DNA of 60,788 nucleotides from a virus (lineage: Duplodnaviria; Caudoviricetes). Under the pieces are notes generated by a model, which saw only the letters and a program-made list of their open reading frames with translations, was not told the DNA's origin and made no database searches. The stretch is from positions 1-60,788 of IMG/VR virus record IMGVR_UViG_3300037070_008166; one strand, given 5' to 3'. This document shows positions 37,456 through 47,607 of the stretch, piece by piece (position 1 is the first letter of the stretch; each line of letters begins with the position of its first letter). Made by a program: the position numbers and the translations under genes.

Positions 37456-40043
37456 AGTTGTTCATTTCGACTGTTGTGGGGCTCGTGTTTTTGTTCGTAC
37501 CACTGATGGCGCAAACGCCCATGCACGGGATGAATGTCGAGGTGCAGGCTGACCGCATCCTCATCGGCGGCGAGTTCGTGCCACGGCCGCTGAACCTGCC
37601 CGCCGTGAAGGTCGTTGCGCTGGGCGAGGACAAGGCCATCGACCCGGCAACCTACGATTACATCGAGGTGCAAGGGACGGCGACGATGCTATCGGGAACC
37701 GTGAACGTCACGCACCTGTTCATCTTTCCAGGCGCCACGCTCCGGGTCGCGTGCGGTGTGACGCTTGTTGGCCGGAACGTCCCTATCAACACAGGCTCCG
37801 ACCCGTTTCAGTGGGGCAACGGGCTCTTGAACTTTGGCACGTTTGTCTCAGACTGCCCGGAGGAGACGCCGTTTCTGCCGACGACGGCCCCGCTGGCGGC
37901 GAACGCCACACAGCTCACGTTGTCGGCGGACCCGGTCGGGTGGACGGCGGGTGACGAGCTGGTGCTGCCGGACACGCGTCAGTCTGGTCAGACGGGTTCG
38001 GCCCTGACTCCGCGTCGAGAGACGGGCACGCTCATCAAGAACATCACCGGACGTATCGTCACGCTGTCGAAGCCGCTCGCGTTCGCGCGTGACTCGGTGA
38101 AAATACCGGACGGCAGCGTCGTGCTCCAACCGCGCGTCGGCAACCTGACGCGCCGCACGGTGATCAAGAGCGAAGATCCAAACGGTGTGCGGTGGCACAT
38201 CGCGATGGTTGGCGCGGGGGCCGGGTGGGACGTGCGTGGAACGTCGTTTGTGGGCCTCGGCCGAACGCGGAACGAGAAGCTCAACAACACGACGCAGGGT
38301 TCCGGCTCGCAGATCGGTACAAACCAAGTCGGTCGCTACGTGTTTCACGATCACCATACGTGGACCTCGTTCGCGATGCGACGCTTCTCCGGCAACGCCA
38401 TCGACAGCAAGAACCTCGGCAAGTGGGGTGTTGTGGTGCATCAGTCGCATGATGCGATCTTCGAGAACAATATCTGCGTGGACACGCCGGGCGCGTGTTT
38501 TTCGACCGAGGACGGCAACGAGGTGCGGAACGTGTTTCGCGGCAACTTCGCGGCCTACGTGAAGGGCAACGGAACCGAGGCGAGGGAGAACGTCATCAAT
38601 GGCAACGACTGCCGTGGGTGCGAGTCGGCCATGTGGTTCGCGGGCGTTGGGAACATCATTGAGAAGAACGAGGCGTGGAACAGTCAGAACGGCATCGACC
38701 TGTTCAACATCTTCCCGCTGGCGGCGGGCGTACAGGTGCCGACAGCGAAGGGCGCGTCGACGACGATGGTCCCGGTGCTGCCGGACATGGTGCCGATCTC
38801 CATGAAGGATAACGTCGTGTGCGGCAACACGGACGGCGGGTCGGTTTACTGGCAGCTGCTGGAGTTCCCGAACGAGCGGCTGATCGCCTGCAACAACGCG
38901 ACGTTCCAAGCGAAGAACGGGGCACCGAACGGACCGAGCTTCATCTACCTCACAGACGCAAAGCTGGTATGCACAGGCGGGGTGGCCACGGCCCTCGGAT
39001 CGTCGAGCGGCTACAACGCGGGCGTGGTCGATGAGCGCGGCCAGTATCGTGGCTGCGGGACCGGCGTGGCGGGTGGCATGGGGAAGGTGAAGGGCCACTT
39101 CACGGGCACGGTGTTTCAGAACGTGTTGAACATCAATTTGCAGCAGCCACAGTCGTGGGCGGCGGACATTCGGTTCACCGACGTCATGCACGTGCCGCTG
39201 CCCGGGAACGCTCCGTTCTACTTCTACTTTGACCGTGAGGGTCCGTGGCCCGGTCCGCCCGCCCCGTTGCCTGAAACGTCTGGGTGGGCCTATATGCACG
39301 GCTCGCGAATTCACATCAAGAACTGGCAAGGCACCGGCAAGGACTACGACCTGTTGCCGCCCGCCTCAGAGCGCAGCGGTCGCGCGTGGGTCACAACGGA
39401 CTTTGAGAACCTCTGGCAGATTCCGCCGGACGAATGTGGCGCGACCATTGGGGAGATTTGGGACAAGTGTGGGCTGGCCTATGGCGGTGAGGCGTATGCC
39501 GCCAGCGAGGGCGTCGCACTGACGGGCGTGCAGTTCGAGGTGGGCGTTCCGGCCCCACGCCCGCCGCTGAATGCGCCGGAGTGCGTGCTGACAGCTCCAA
39601 ACATGCGCGGTCCTGCCGTGCTCGGCTATGGCGGCTACATCCCGCTGTACCTCGCGATGACCGGGCAGCTTGAGGGTGCGGACCGAACGTGCTATCTCAG
39701 CATCGACGGCGGACCGACGATCGCGGCGAACGGCGGCTCGGCCAGCCCGAACTGGGTCCGACACTGGACTACAGTGGTTGGCACTGGGACGCATACCGTG
39801 CGCTCTTGGCGGCAGTTGAACGGTGTGGTGGTTGGGCCATCGTTCACCGTGTCATATCGCGTCGGTCCCGGTGGCGGCACGCCTCCGCCTGACCCACCGA
39901 CACCTGTGAATTGCGCGCTGTCGGCGGTGTCCTCGTCCGCCTCTGTGTGGACGCTAAGTGGGACGATGTACACGCGTACGATCACGGAAACCAAGACGAT
40001 CGTGACGGCTCCGGCCAACGGCGGCACGCCGTGCCAACCATAG
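37452..40043 (+). CDS. secreted G8-type/right-handed beta-helix protein (possible polysaccharide depolymerase)
   Basis: Signal peptide ...VPLMA|Q; 'GWTAGDELVLPDTRQ', 'VGNLTR..VIKSE', 'NQVGRYVFHDHH', 'TEDGNE..NVF..NF' seen in G8/CEMIP-like proteins. Confidence 0.7.
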   Translation: MKLFISTVVGLVFLFVPLMAQTPMHGMNVEVQADRILIGGEFVPRPLNLPAVKVVALGEDKAIDPATYDYIEVQGTATMLSGTVNVTHLFIFPGATLRVACGVTLVGRNVPINTGSDPFQWGNGLLNFGTFVSDCPEETPFLPTTAPLAANATQLTLSADPVGWTAGDELVLPDTRQSGQTGSALTPRRETGTLIKNITGRIVTLSKPLAFARDSVKIPDGSVVLQPRVGNLTRRTVIKSEDPNGVRWHIAMVGAGAGWDVRGTSFVGLGRTRNEKLNNTTQGSGSQIGTNQVGRYVFHDHHTWTSFAMRRFSGNAIDSKNLGKWGVVVHQSHDAIFENNICVDTPGACFSTEDGNEVRNVFRGNFAAYVKGNGTEARENVINGNDCRGCESAMWFAGVGNIIEKNEAWNSQNGIDLFNIFPLAAGVQVPTAKGASTTMVPVLPDMVPISMKDNVVCGNTDGGSVYWQLLEFPNERLIACNNATFQAKNGAPNGPSFIYLTDAKLVCTGGVATALGSSSGYNAGVVDERGQYRGCGTGVAGGMGKVKGHFTGTVFQNVLNINLQQPQSWAADIRFTDVMHVPLPGNAPFYFYFDREGPWPGPPAPLPETSGWAYMHGSRIHIKNWQGTGKDYDLLPPASERSGRAWVTTDFENLWQIPPDECGATIGEIWDKCGLAYGGEAYAASEGVALTGVQFEVGVPAPRPPLNAPECVLTAPNMRGPAVLGYGGYIPLYLAMTGQLEGADRTCYLSIDGGPTIAANGGSASPNWVRHWTTVVGTGTHTVRSWRQLNGVVVGPSFTVSYRVGPGGGTPPPDPPTPVNCALSAVSSSASVWTLSGTMYTRTITETKTIVTAPANGGTPCQP

Positions 40044-40050
40044 GGTTGAG

Positions 40051-40812
40051 ATGGCGTACGCTCTGGTCGTAAAGACGAAAGCGAGCGGGACCGCTAACAG
40101 CGTATCCACGCCGAGTGGCGTGGATACCTCTACCGCGACCCTTATCACTTTGCACATGTCGTGGTTCTACGACGGTGTGGACCCGACGCTGTCCGATACC
40201 ATCAACGGCTCGGCATCCGGCAACACGTGGATTCCGTTGACGCTTCACGGAGCCACGTTTGTTGGCGCCAGCCGCTTCTTTTATTGCGCGAACCCAGCGG
40301 TTGGCAATGAGCACATCTTTACGTTCGCTCGGAGCAACATCTTTCCGTCCATGCGCGCCTACGCTTGGACAGGGAACCATGCGTCACCGGCCGATCAAGA
40401 GAACGGCACCTATGCGTTCGCGGCCCATACGCTCAATACGGGCAACGCTTCGCCCGGAGAGGCCAACGAGCTTGTTCTGACTGGCTGCATGTTTGAGAAC
40501 AACTCGGGAGGCGCGGTATCTGTTTCGTCGCCGTTCTCCACGCCGGACGTAAATGCTTATTCCGGCGGTAACGCCGAGGGTGGCGCTACGGCCTACTCCA
40601 TCCAAACATCGGCTACTACGGAGAACCCAGCGTGGGAGATCACCAATAATGCCTCGGTCATTGTCGTCTCTATTGCAACGTTCAAAGCGGGGGCCGCAGG
40701 AAATCCGTGGTACGCCTATGCACAGCAGCGTGTAATCACGGAGATCAAGGAACTTCGTCGCACGTGGGGTCGTAAGGGGTTTCTCTGGACGCCGGAGTAC
40801 GTTTTCTCATAG
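40051..40812 (+). CDS. putative virion/fibre-associated protein
   Basis: Ser/Thr/Gly-rich two-repeat beta protein. Confidence 0.55.
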   Translation: MAYALVVKTKASGTANSVSTPSGVDTSTATLITLHMSWFYDGVDPTLSDTINGSASGNTWIPLTLHGATFVGASRFFYCANPAVGNEHIFTFARSNIFPSMRAYAWTGNHASPADQENGTYAFAAHTLNTGNASPGEANELVLTGCMFENNSGGAVSVSSPFSTPDVNAYSGGNAEGGATAYSIQTSATTENPAWEITNNASVIVVSIATFKAGAAGNPWYAYAQQRVITEIKELRRTWGRKGFLWTPEYVFS

Positions 40813-40821
40813 GAGCTTTCG

Positions 40822-41172
40822 ATGGCATTTGCTCACATTCACTTCGACCAGTCTACGCAATACGGGGCGCTCGTCCGCGCGATGCTCCGAGCAAACGAGT
40901 CCGCCGACGATCAGCTGCTTGACGTCCGCGACCTGCTCATCCAGATGCGCGACGGCGACGGCAGCCAGAACATCCACTATGCCAACGTCGTCAAGCGGCT
41001 CAAGGTGGCGGACTACGACCCGACGCAGGGTGCGCCGACGGACCCGCAGAACGCGGTCGCGCGGGCGCTGTTCGAGGAGATTGACTCCGCGTTCTCCAAG
41101 ACGAGCGGCAACGGGTCGGTGACCAACGTGCGCGCGGCACGAGATCAGCTGTACGCAAAGACGCGCGGGTAG
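40822..41172 (+). CDS. hypothetical protein
   Basis: AGGAG RBS; strong codon bias. Confidence 0.7.
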   Translation: MAFAHIHFDQSTQYGALVRAMLRANESADDQLLDVRDLLIQMRDGDGSQNIHYANVVKRLKVADYDPTQGAPTDPQNAVARALFEEIDSAFSKTSGNGSVTNVRAARDQLYAKTRG

Positions 41173-41193
41173 CCACCAGACAGGGAGCCGGAG

Positions 41194-41739
41194 ATGCCTG
41201 ATATGTGGATGGACGTCGACGTCGCGTTGTCCGAAGTCCCGGTCAACATTCTACCGTTGACCGACGATGGCGACTACAAGACCATTGAGACGGCTGTGGC
41301 TTATAACGCCGCTGGAATGGCGTTGTATTGGCACTTTCAGACGCGAGCGGGTGCGAGAACAACCACGCAGGTGACACCAACGAGCGGCGGCACCTACGAT
41401 TGGACGCACCAAGGCCAAGGCGGATACACCATTGAGATCCCGGCGTCAGCTGGTGCGTCTATCAATAATGACACCGAAGGCTTCGGCTGGTTCACAGGGG
41501 TGGCGACGGGCGTCCTGCCCTGGCGTGGCCCGATTATCGGATTCCGGCCGGCAGCAATCAACAAAGCACTCGTCGATGGTTCTGAATACTTGAACGTGGA
41601 TGCTCATGAGCAGAAATTTGACGCGAGCGTCCCTGGAGAGTTGACGACGAAGAAACCGGATGGCACGACGGACACCGCATACTCGCCACGCACACTGACG
41701 AGTGACCCGGATGCGGAACCAATTACAGGAAGCAGCTAA
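41194..41739 (+). CDS. putative virion protein
   Basis: GGAG RBS; 'GGYTIEIPASAGA' beta-sandwich-like. Confidence 0.6.
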   Translation: MPDMWMDVDVALSEVPVNILPLTDDGDYKTIETAVAYNAAGMALYWHFQTRAGARTTTQVTPTSGGTYDWTHQGQGGYTIEIPASAGASINNDTEGFGWFTGVATGVLPWRGPIIGFRPAAINKALVDGSEYLNVDAHEQKFDASVPGELTTKKPDGTTDTAYSPRTLTSDPDAEPITGSS

Positions 41740-41756
41740 GGAGGCGTGGGGCCTGT

Positions 41757-42188
41757 ATGAATCCAAACTCGAAGAACCAACTCTGGAGTCGCTGGACGGC
41801 ATACGTGACTGTGCCGTTCCACAAGACATATTTCCAACCGTCGTTTCAGGAGGAAATGAAGCGGGCAACGGCAACCTACTACCGGAAGTTGTTCGGCTCG
41901 GCGTCGGAAATGGAGATCAAGATGCACGTACAAGGCGATCTGTCTCCGGTGGAATTCGTTGTCGTCTGCCGAACGGAAGGTCGGCCCGCGAATGAACCGA
42001 TATTCCGGAAGGCGGCAATGACAGCGATCGCGGAGTTCTTCGGAAAGAACCTGCGACGCTACGGTCAGGTCAACATCCGGATGGACGTACACATTGAAGC
42101 CGGGGATCCTGGCAATGGAAATCCACCATCTCAGTTGATCATGGTGCCAGCCATCGATCTAAACGAAATTCGCAAAGAGGGAGTCTAA
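41757..42188 (+). CDS. hypothetical protein
   Basis: 143 aa ORF in the operon. Confidence 0.55.
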   Translation: MNPNSKNQLWSRWTAYVTVPFHKTYFQPSFQEEMKRATATYYRKLFGSASEMEIKMHVQGDLSPVEFVVVCRTEGRPANEPIFRKAAMTAIAEFFGKNLRRYGQVNIRMDVHIEAGDPGNGNPPSQLIMVPAIDLNEIRKEGV

Positions 42189-42189
42189 C

Positions 42190-42441
42190 ATGGAACGCTG
42201 CGTCGGGTGTGAAACGCAAGGCGAACAGCCGATCGTTGGGATCGGACTCGAGTCACCGGAACTGAAGTCTTTTGAGATTACCACAGCCAACGAACGTGGG
42301 TTTGTGGCCTACGGCGTGTGTCGTCCGTGTCATGAAGATCCGGCGCACCGCCATCGCGTATTGAAACTGTCGTTCTTCGAGCGAAGCCAGTCCCGGCACG
42401 CGCTCAAGAACGCGGGTTCCAATTCCATCGGCGGGAGGTAG
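42190..42441 (+). CDS. small Zn-binding protein
   Basis: CxxC...CxxCH; GGAG RBS. Confidence 0.55.
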   Translation: MERCVGCETQGEQPIVGIGLESPELKSFEITTANERGFVAYGVCRPCHEDPAHRHRVLKLSFFERSQSRHALKNAGSNSIGGR

Positions 42442-42443
42442 CC

Positions 42444-42854
42444 TTGGCCAACGCACTGTACGATACATTCAAAGAAGGGATCCTTGGAAATACCGCGTTC
42501 GATATGGACTCGGACGGCATCAAGGCGTCTCTGATCGACTCCGCGGACTACACCTACTCGGCGGCGCATGACGAGTATTCTGGTGGCGCACGCGACGTGG
42601 CTCTGGCGTCCATCGTGGCGGAGTCGAGTGCACTCGGTTCGCCGACGGTGGCCCTCGGCGTGTTTGACACGGCGAACTTCACCTGGACGGCGGTCACCGG
42701 CGACGTCAGTGAAGCAGTCATCCTCTGGGATGACACACTGGCAAACGATCGACTCATCGCGTTCTACGACACCGGCATGACGGGCATGCCCGTGACGCCG
42801 AACGGTGGCGATATCAACTTCACCGTGCACGCATCAGGGTGGTTCGCCATCTAG
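42444..42854 (+). CDS. conserved phage structural (tail fibre-associated) protein
   Basis: 'MANALYDTFKE...IKASL...VFD....W....G....EAVILW......LIAFYD...PVTPNGGDI' pattern common in phage tail regions. Confidence 0.65.
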   Translation: MANALYDTFKEGILGNTAFDMDSDGIKASLIDSADYTYSAAHDEYSGGARDVALASIVAESSALGSPTVALGVFDTANFTWTAVTGDVSEAVILWDDTLANDRLIAFYDTGMTGMPVTPNGGDINFTVHASGWFAI

Positions 42855-42857
42855 CGG

Positions 42858-43619
42858 ATGTCGATCCTCCCGATCTGGTTACTGACGGCGCTCACGACGC
42901 CAGCCTTGGAAGATTTGCTGGCAGCCGTGGACGATCCAGCCGGAACTCCGGCGACAAAGAAGCTCGCGCTGTCGAACTTCGCTCCACTGACAATCAGCAA
43001 CATCATTGTTCAGTTTAGTGATCTCACCGGCGCGGGCACCTACACGCCGACGGCGGGATTGCAGACGGTATTGGCCATCGCTGTTGGTGGTGGTGGAGGC
43101 GGTGGTGGAGGCATCGCCACCGACTCTGCCGGTGGCGGAGGAGGTGGAGGTGGCACCGTCATCCGACTCATGACCGCGGCACAGATCGGTGCATCGAAAG
43201 CCTACTTCGTAGGAGCGGGAGGTGCGGCAGCCGGCGCGGGAACAGCTACCACGTTAGACGCAGCCGGTGCGTTGATGAATGCAGGCGCAGGGCAGCAGGG
43301 CACCGCAGGTGCTGGCTTTTCTGTGGTCGGTGTGAGTGTGGCAGGAGGGGCAGGTGGCACGGCAGCCAACGGTGACTTGAACATTCCGGGGCAGCCAGGT
43401 GAACGTGGTGTGATTTTCGACGGCACGAATGGTAGGCCGGGGAGCGGCGGAAGAAGCGTCTTTGGACGAGGTGGTGGGCGGGCCGGGTCTAATGCGACGG
43501 GCGAGAATGGCTGGCAGTATGGCGGGGGTGGTGCTGGTGGCCACGCATCTGCTGGTACTGACAAACCGGGCGCACTCGGCGAGGACGGCCTGATTTATTT
43601 TCTGGAGTTCATTGGATAG
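42858..43619 (+). CDS. glycine-rich tail fibre-like protein
   Basis: 'GTYTPTAG...AVGGGGGGGG', 'YGGGGAG'; paralogue of the next gene. Confidence 0.7.
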   Translation: MSILPIWLLTALTTPALEDLLAAVDDPAGTPATKKLALSNFAPLTISNIIVQFSDLTGAGTYTPTAGLQTVLAIAVGGGGGGGGGIATDSAGGGGGGGGTVIRLMTAAQIGASKAYFVGAGGAAAGAGTATTLDAAGALMNAGAGQQGTAGAGFSVVGVSVAGGAGGTAANGDLNIPGQPGERGVIFDGTNGRPGSGGRSVFGRGGGRAGSNATGENGWQYGGGGAGGHASAGTDKPGALGEDGLIYFLEFIG

Positions 43620-43621
43620 CT

Positions 43622-44359
43622 ATGGCTGACACCAAGATCACGGCACTCACCGCGCTTACCGCACCCACGGTGGATGATCTTCTCGCCATCGTGGATGACC
43701 CAGCCGGTTCTCCTATCACAAAGAAAATCGCCATCACAGATTTGCTCACGTTGTTTACCAGCGACGTGGTCGTGCAGGTTTTGACTTCATCGAGCGGCAC
43801 GTACACCCCGACTGCTAAGATGAAGAAGGTTCTGATGATCGCCGTGGGTCCTGGTGGAAATGGTGCGTCGATTACCGCAGCAGACGAGGCGAGCGGCGGA
43901 GGTGGTGGTGGCGGTTGTGCCATTAAGCTCTTTACAGCCGCAGACATCGGTGCGAGCAAGCCATACACGGTCGGACAGTCCTCCGGTAATAACACCACGT
44001 TGAACACGACACTGCTTGTTGGCAACAGCGGTTCAAATGGTTCAGCGACGGGCAATACTACAACGCTTGGTGCGAATGCTGCCGGTGGTGTAGGTGGCTC
44101 AGGGACGGGCGGAGACCTCGGTATTAACGGAGAGGCTGGAGATCGCGGCATCATTTACAGTACGACGCATGGCAGCGGAGGTCGAGGCGGATGCTCCGTG
44201 CTTGGCATGGGTGGTGCGGCCAGCGGTTCAGAAGCCGCAGGCAACAACGGCACTGGCTATGGTGGCGGCGGAAGCGGGTGTCACACCGCAAATGACACCA
44301 ATCGCTCGGGAGGCACCGGCTCGGCGGGCGTTATCTACGCGATTGAATTCCTTGCATGA
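43622..44359 (+). CDS. glycine-rich tail fibre-like protein
   Basis: 'ADTKITALTAL..P..DDLLAIVD' N-terminus and Gly-rich domain. Confidence 0.7.
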   Translation: MADTKITALTALTAPTVDDLLAIVDDPAGSPITKKIAITDLLTLFTSDVVVQVLTSSSGTYTPTAKMKKVLMIAVGPGGNGASITAADEASGGGGGGGCAIKLFTAADIGASKPYTVGQSSGNNTTLNTTLLVGNSGSNGSATGNTTTLGANAAGGVGGSGTGGDLGINGEAGDRGIIYSTTHGSGGRGGCSVLGMGGAASGSEAAGNNGTGYGGGGSGCHTANDTNRSGGTGSAGVIYAIEFLA

Positions 44360-46545
44360 GCAACTACCTTCTCAAGGAAGACTCCGATAGGATTCTTCAA
44401 GAGAACAACGATCCCATATTACTAGCGGCAACACTTGACGTAGTCGGCGCACATCGTAGTTCGACCAAACAACTCTTCGCCAGTATTGTCGCTGTTACGA
44501 TCCTCGGTGCGCATATTGCATCGACAGGACAGATTCATCCTGGAGCCACCGCCACTCAGGGCTATCGTTCGAATGCGGCGTTCTGGATTGGTGGTGCCGC
44601 TACTCCGTCATCTGGTACGACGATCATTGGTGCGCATCGATCATCTACAGCGCAACTCTTTGCGGGATCCATCGCATTCACTCTGACCGGCGCGCATCGC
44701 GCGTCGACGAAGCAACTTTTCGCTGGGTCAACATCTTACGTCGTCGTTGGTGCACATCGTGCTTCCACACTGACCCTGTTCGCTGGGTCTGTGACGACTG
44801 GCGCGGTGACGGTCACAGGTGCGCATAAGGCGTCCACTGTTCAGTTGTTCGCTGGCACCGCAAGTCCCGGTGCGGTCACCATTACGGGTGTCCACCGGGC
44901 GTCCACAGCGCAGTTGTTCGCTGGATCCGTGGCACTCAATGTCACGGGAGTCCATCGAGCATCTACTGTTCAACTGTTCGCTGGTACAGTCACAACGGGT
45001 GCGGTCACCGTCAGTGGCGTACATCGCGCCTCCACTGTGCAGTTGTTCGCTGGCACAGCCAGCCCACAAGCGGTCACGGTTACAGGTGTGCACCGTGCAT
45101 CGACCGTGCAGTTGTTCAGTGGTACAGCGATCGGCACGACGAACGTCACGGGCGCACACCGTGCATCAACCGTGCAGTTGTTCAGTGGTACAGCGAGTCC
45201 CGGGGCTGTCACGGTCACTGGCGCAACTCGAGCGTCCACGGTCCAGCTATTTGCCGGTTCGGTCACAGTCGGCGCGGTCACCGTATCTGGCGCGAATATT
45301 CCGAGTGGAAATCAGCGATTTGCTGGAAGTGCAGCCTACGTTGTAGTCGGAGCGTCTCGAGCAAGCACTGTCCAATTATTCAGTGGCACCGTATCACCGG
45401 GTGCTGTTACTGTAGTCGGAGCGTCTCGAGCAAGCACAATCCAGATGTTCGCGGGCTCCACCGCGTTCACGCTGACCGGGGCGCACCGACCGTCGACGGT
45501 TCAGCTATTTGCCGGGTCGATAACCACTGGAGCGGTGACAGTTACGGGAGCCCATCGTGGTTCCTCCGTTGCCCTCTTCCCCGGAAGCGTGGTGCTCACG
45601 GTCCTTGGTGCCAGCCGTCCCTCAACGGCCCAGCTCTTCGCAGGGAGCGTCAGCGTCGGAGCCGTAGGCGTAACGGGCGCGCACGTCTCATCGACGGCCC
45701 AGGCGTTCGCTGGGACGGTGACAACCGGCAATTCCCTGTCTGGCGTTCGGGTCGAATCCACGGCCCAACTGTTCAGTGGCACGGTGACAACCGGCGCGGT
45801 CATCGTGGTTGGGGCACACCGGGCATCGACCAAGCAATTGTTTAGTGGCACGGTCACCACACTCACGAATATCACCGGAGCGTTCATACCCAGTGGAAAT
45901 CAGCGATTTGCGGGCCGTGCCGCCTACGTCATCAACGGGGCGCATCGCACGTCGACCACGCAATTCTTTGCCGGGTCGATCACGACTGGCGCGGTCACAA
46001 TCTTTGGTGCCAGAATCGGACCCGGAAATGCACGATTCGCCGGCAGCGTCACAACGGGCGCGGTCGGAGTCACGGGATCCTTCATTCCAAGCGGCAATCA
46101 ACGATTTGCCGGCACGGTTCATCCAAGCCAACCGATCATTGGCGCGACGATCGCATCGACAACGCAGCTATTTGCCGGCACCCTGATTCCTGGTGCGGTT
46201 ACGGTGACCGGCTCGAGCCGTGGTTCGACCGTCCAGGTCTTCGCCGGTGCGGTCACGCCCGGTGCGGTCACGGTCGGTGGCTCAACAATTCTGAGTGGAA
46301 ATGCGTGTTTCCCCGGATCGCTGAGCAGCACGGCGTTTCGGGGGATTCTGTATGCGGCGGGAAGCTACGACCCGATCATTCGGGCAGTAGGCAGCTACGA
46401 TCCGGCGATGGAGGTGGCGGGGAGTTATGAACCGGTCCCACCTGCCATCATCGAAGTCGCAGGCAGTTACAGTCTGGTGATTCATGTGGCGGGCAGCTAC
46501 GACACGGTCCTGCGGGCAGCTGGTTCATGGGATAGCGAGGTCTGA
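44356..46545 (+). CDS. long repeat fibre-like protein
   Basis: Many tandem 21-25 aa repeats (GAHRASTVQLFAGTVTTGAVTVT) and C-terminal (A/V)GSYD repeats. Confidence 0.75.
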   Translation: MSNYLLKEDSDRILQENNDPILLAATLDVVGAHRSSTKQLFASIVAVTILGAHIASTGQIHPGATATQGYRSNAAFWIGGAATPSSGTTIIGAHRSSTAQLFAGSIAFTLTGAHRASTKQLFAGSTSYVVVGAHRASTLTLFAGSVTTGAVTVTGAHKASTVQLFAGTASPGAVTITGVHRASTAQLFAGSVALNVTGVHRASTVQLFAGTVTTGAVTVSGVHRASTVQLFAGTASPQAVTVTGVHRASTVQLFSGTAIGTTNVTGAHRASTVQLFSGTASPGAVTVTGATRASTVQLFAGSVTVGAVTVSGANIPSGNQRFAGSAAYVVVGASRASTVQLFSGTVSPGAVTVVGASRASTIQMFAGSTAFTLTGAHRPSTVQLFAGSITTGAVTVTGAHRGSSVALFPGSVVLTVLGASRPSTAQLFAGSVSVGAVGVTGAHVSSTAQAFAGTVTTGNSLSGVRVESTAQLFSGTVTTGAVIVVGAHRASTKQLFSGTVTTLTNITGAFIPSGNQRFAGRAAYVINGAHRTSTTQFFAGSITTGAVTIFGARIGPGNARFAGSVTTGAVGVTGSFIPSGNQRFAGTVHPSQPIIGATIASTTQLFAGTLIPGAVTVTGSSRGSTVQVFAGAVTPGAVTVGGSTILSGNACFPGSLSSTAFRGILYAAGSYDPIIRAVGSYDPAMEVAGSYEPVPPAIIEVAGSYSLVIHVAGSYDTVLRAAGSWDSEV

Positions 46546-46547
46546 TT

Positions 46548-46925
46548 ATGGCTGAGGAAGTGAATATCGGGGGAGATGGCACACTGTTCAAGGGAGAGGA
46601 CAAGGAACTCGAACTGGAACTTTTCCTCAAGTCAGATCCCACGGTGGCGGTGGATTGGTCGACCTGGGAAACAATCGTCGATATTCGGAAGAAAGACACA
46701 TCCGGGGATCCAGCAATTCTCTCCAAGGTGGTGGACCCGCCCACCGGATTGTTCGATCCGATCCGGGCGAACAATGATCAACGTGGCCACGTGATCTTCA
46801 CGGATACGGAACTGAACTTCTACCGGACGGAAGGCTATCGGTGGTCGTGGAAACGTATGGATGATGGGAGCGAAACGATCCTTGCCTGGGGTGCATTCAG
46901 CCCACAGAAAGCCACGGCTCCCTGA
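46548..46925 (+). CDS. BppU-like/baseplate-associated small beta protein
   Basis: 'LFKGEDKEL...VDWSTW', 'LAWGAF' pattern; last gene of late operon. Confidence 0.5.
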   Translation: MAEEVNIGGDGTLFKGEDKELELELFLKSDPTVAVDWSTWETIVDIRKKDTSGDPAILSKVVDPPTGLFDPIRANNDQRGHVIFTDTELNFYRTEGYRWSWKRMDDGSETILAWGAFSPQKATAP

Positions 46926-46953
46926 TCATTGGTGCCAGATCCGGACGATCACC

Positions 46954-47003
46954 AACAGAAATGGCCCGACACCCGATGGATTGGGTGGCGGGCCATGGCT
47001 GTT
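46954..47003. terminator. long hairpin at convergence of late and early operons
   Basis: AACAG..ATGGCCCG.CACCCGAT pairs with ATTGGGTG.CGGGCCAT..CTGTT. Confidence 0.5.
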
Positions 47004-47059
47004 AGGACTTCCGACGGCGTCGACGTTCGATCTTGTCGAACCGTTTCTGCTGCTGGCGC

Positions 47060-47434
47060 TTACTTAACGTCTGCTTCAGTGGCTTTGGTCGTTTCAAGGT
47101 CCCTCCCTTTGATCCAATCTTCCACAGCCTTCTTCGATCCCCACGCGTTGCCTGGCGCGTAGTTGTACATGAAGTAGTGATAGTACCAGATGAGATGCTT
47201 GTTCTCCTCGTCTGCTGCCTTACACGCCTTCCCGAGATCGTTCGTGAGAATCCCCATCAGGAAGTCGCCAGGCGGAACCCGCCCAACGAAATAGCGGAGG
47301 ATCCCGCCGCACATGTAGCCGGGGATGCTCGAGCCGACCAACGCACGCTCCAGCTTTTCCAAGATGTAACGCTGGAGGTTCGTCAGCTCCGTGTTCGGCA
47401 GTTCCGTGTGTCTAACCAGATTGATGTCGCTCAT
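47060..47434 (-). CDS. hypothetical phage protein
   Basis: AGGAG RBS; 'PPGDFLMGILTNDL..A...AD..N', 'AWGS..AV..W' pattern. Confidence 0.7.
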   Translation of the reverse strand: MSDINLVRHTELPNTELTNLQRYILEKLERALVGSSIPGYMCGGILRYFVGRVPPGDFLMGILTNDLGKACKAADEENKHLIWYYHYFMYNYAPGNAWGSKKAVEDWIKGRDLETTKATEADVK

Positions 47435-47607
47435 CGCCCTGCTCTCCTATCCAGTTGGGCGCGGTGAAGTCGGGTCACGCGCCAGCCTTTCGGTCGCTTG
47501 CAGTTAATGCACACGTCCCGTGCATCGTAGCAGCAGGACGTGCCCGGTGTCTCGCAGTAGGCGGAACCCTTCGGTGCCGCCCTGGGGTTCGCGTGCTTAT
47601 CGGTCAT
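47431..47607 (-). CDS. small Cys-rich protein
   Basis: Cys-rich; stop overlaps next start (ATGA). Confidence 0.4.
   Translation of the reverse strand: MTDKHANPRAAPKGSAYCETPGTSCCYDARDVCINCKRPKGWRVTRLHRAQLDRRAGR

Noticed and set aside
45605-46015. TGGTGCCAG matches inside the repeat fibre gene
   Set aside because: Explained by Gly-Ala-Ser/Arg codons; they lack the full 11-mer
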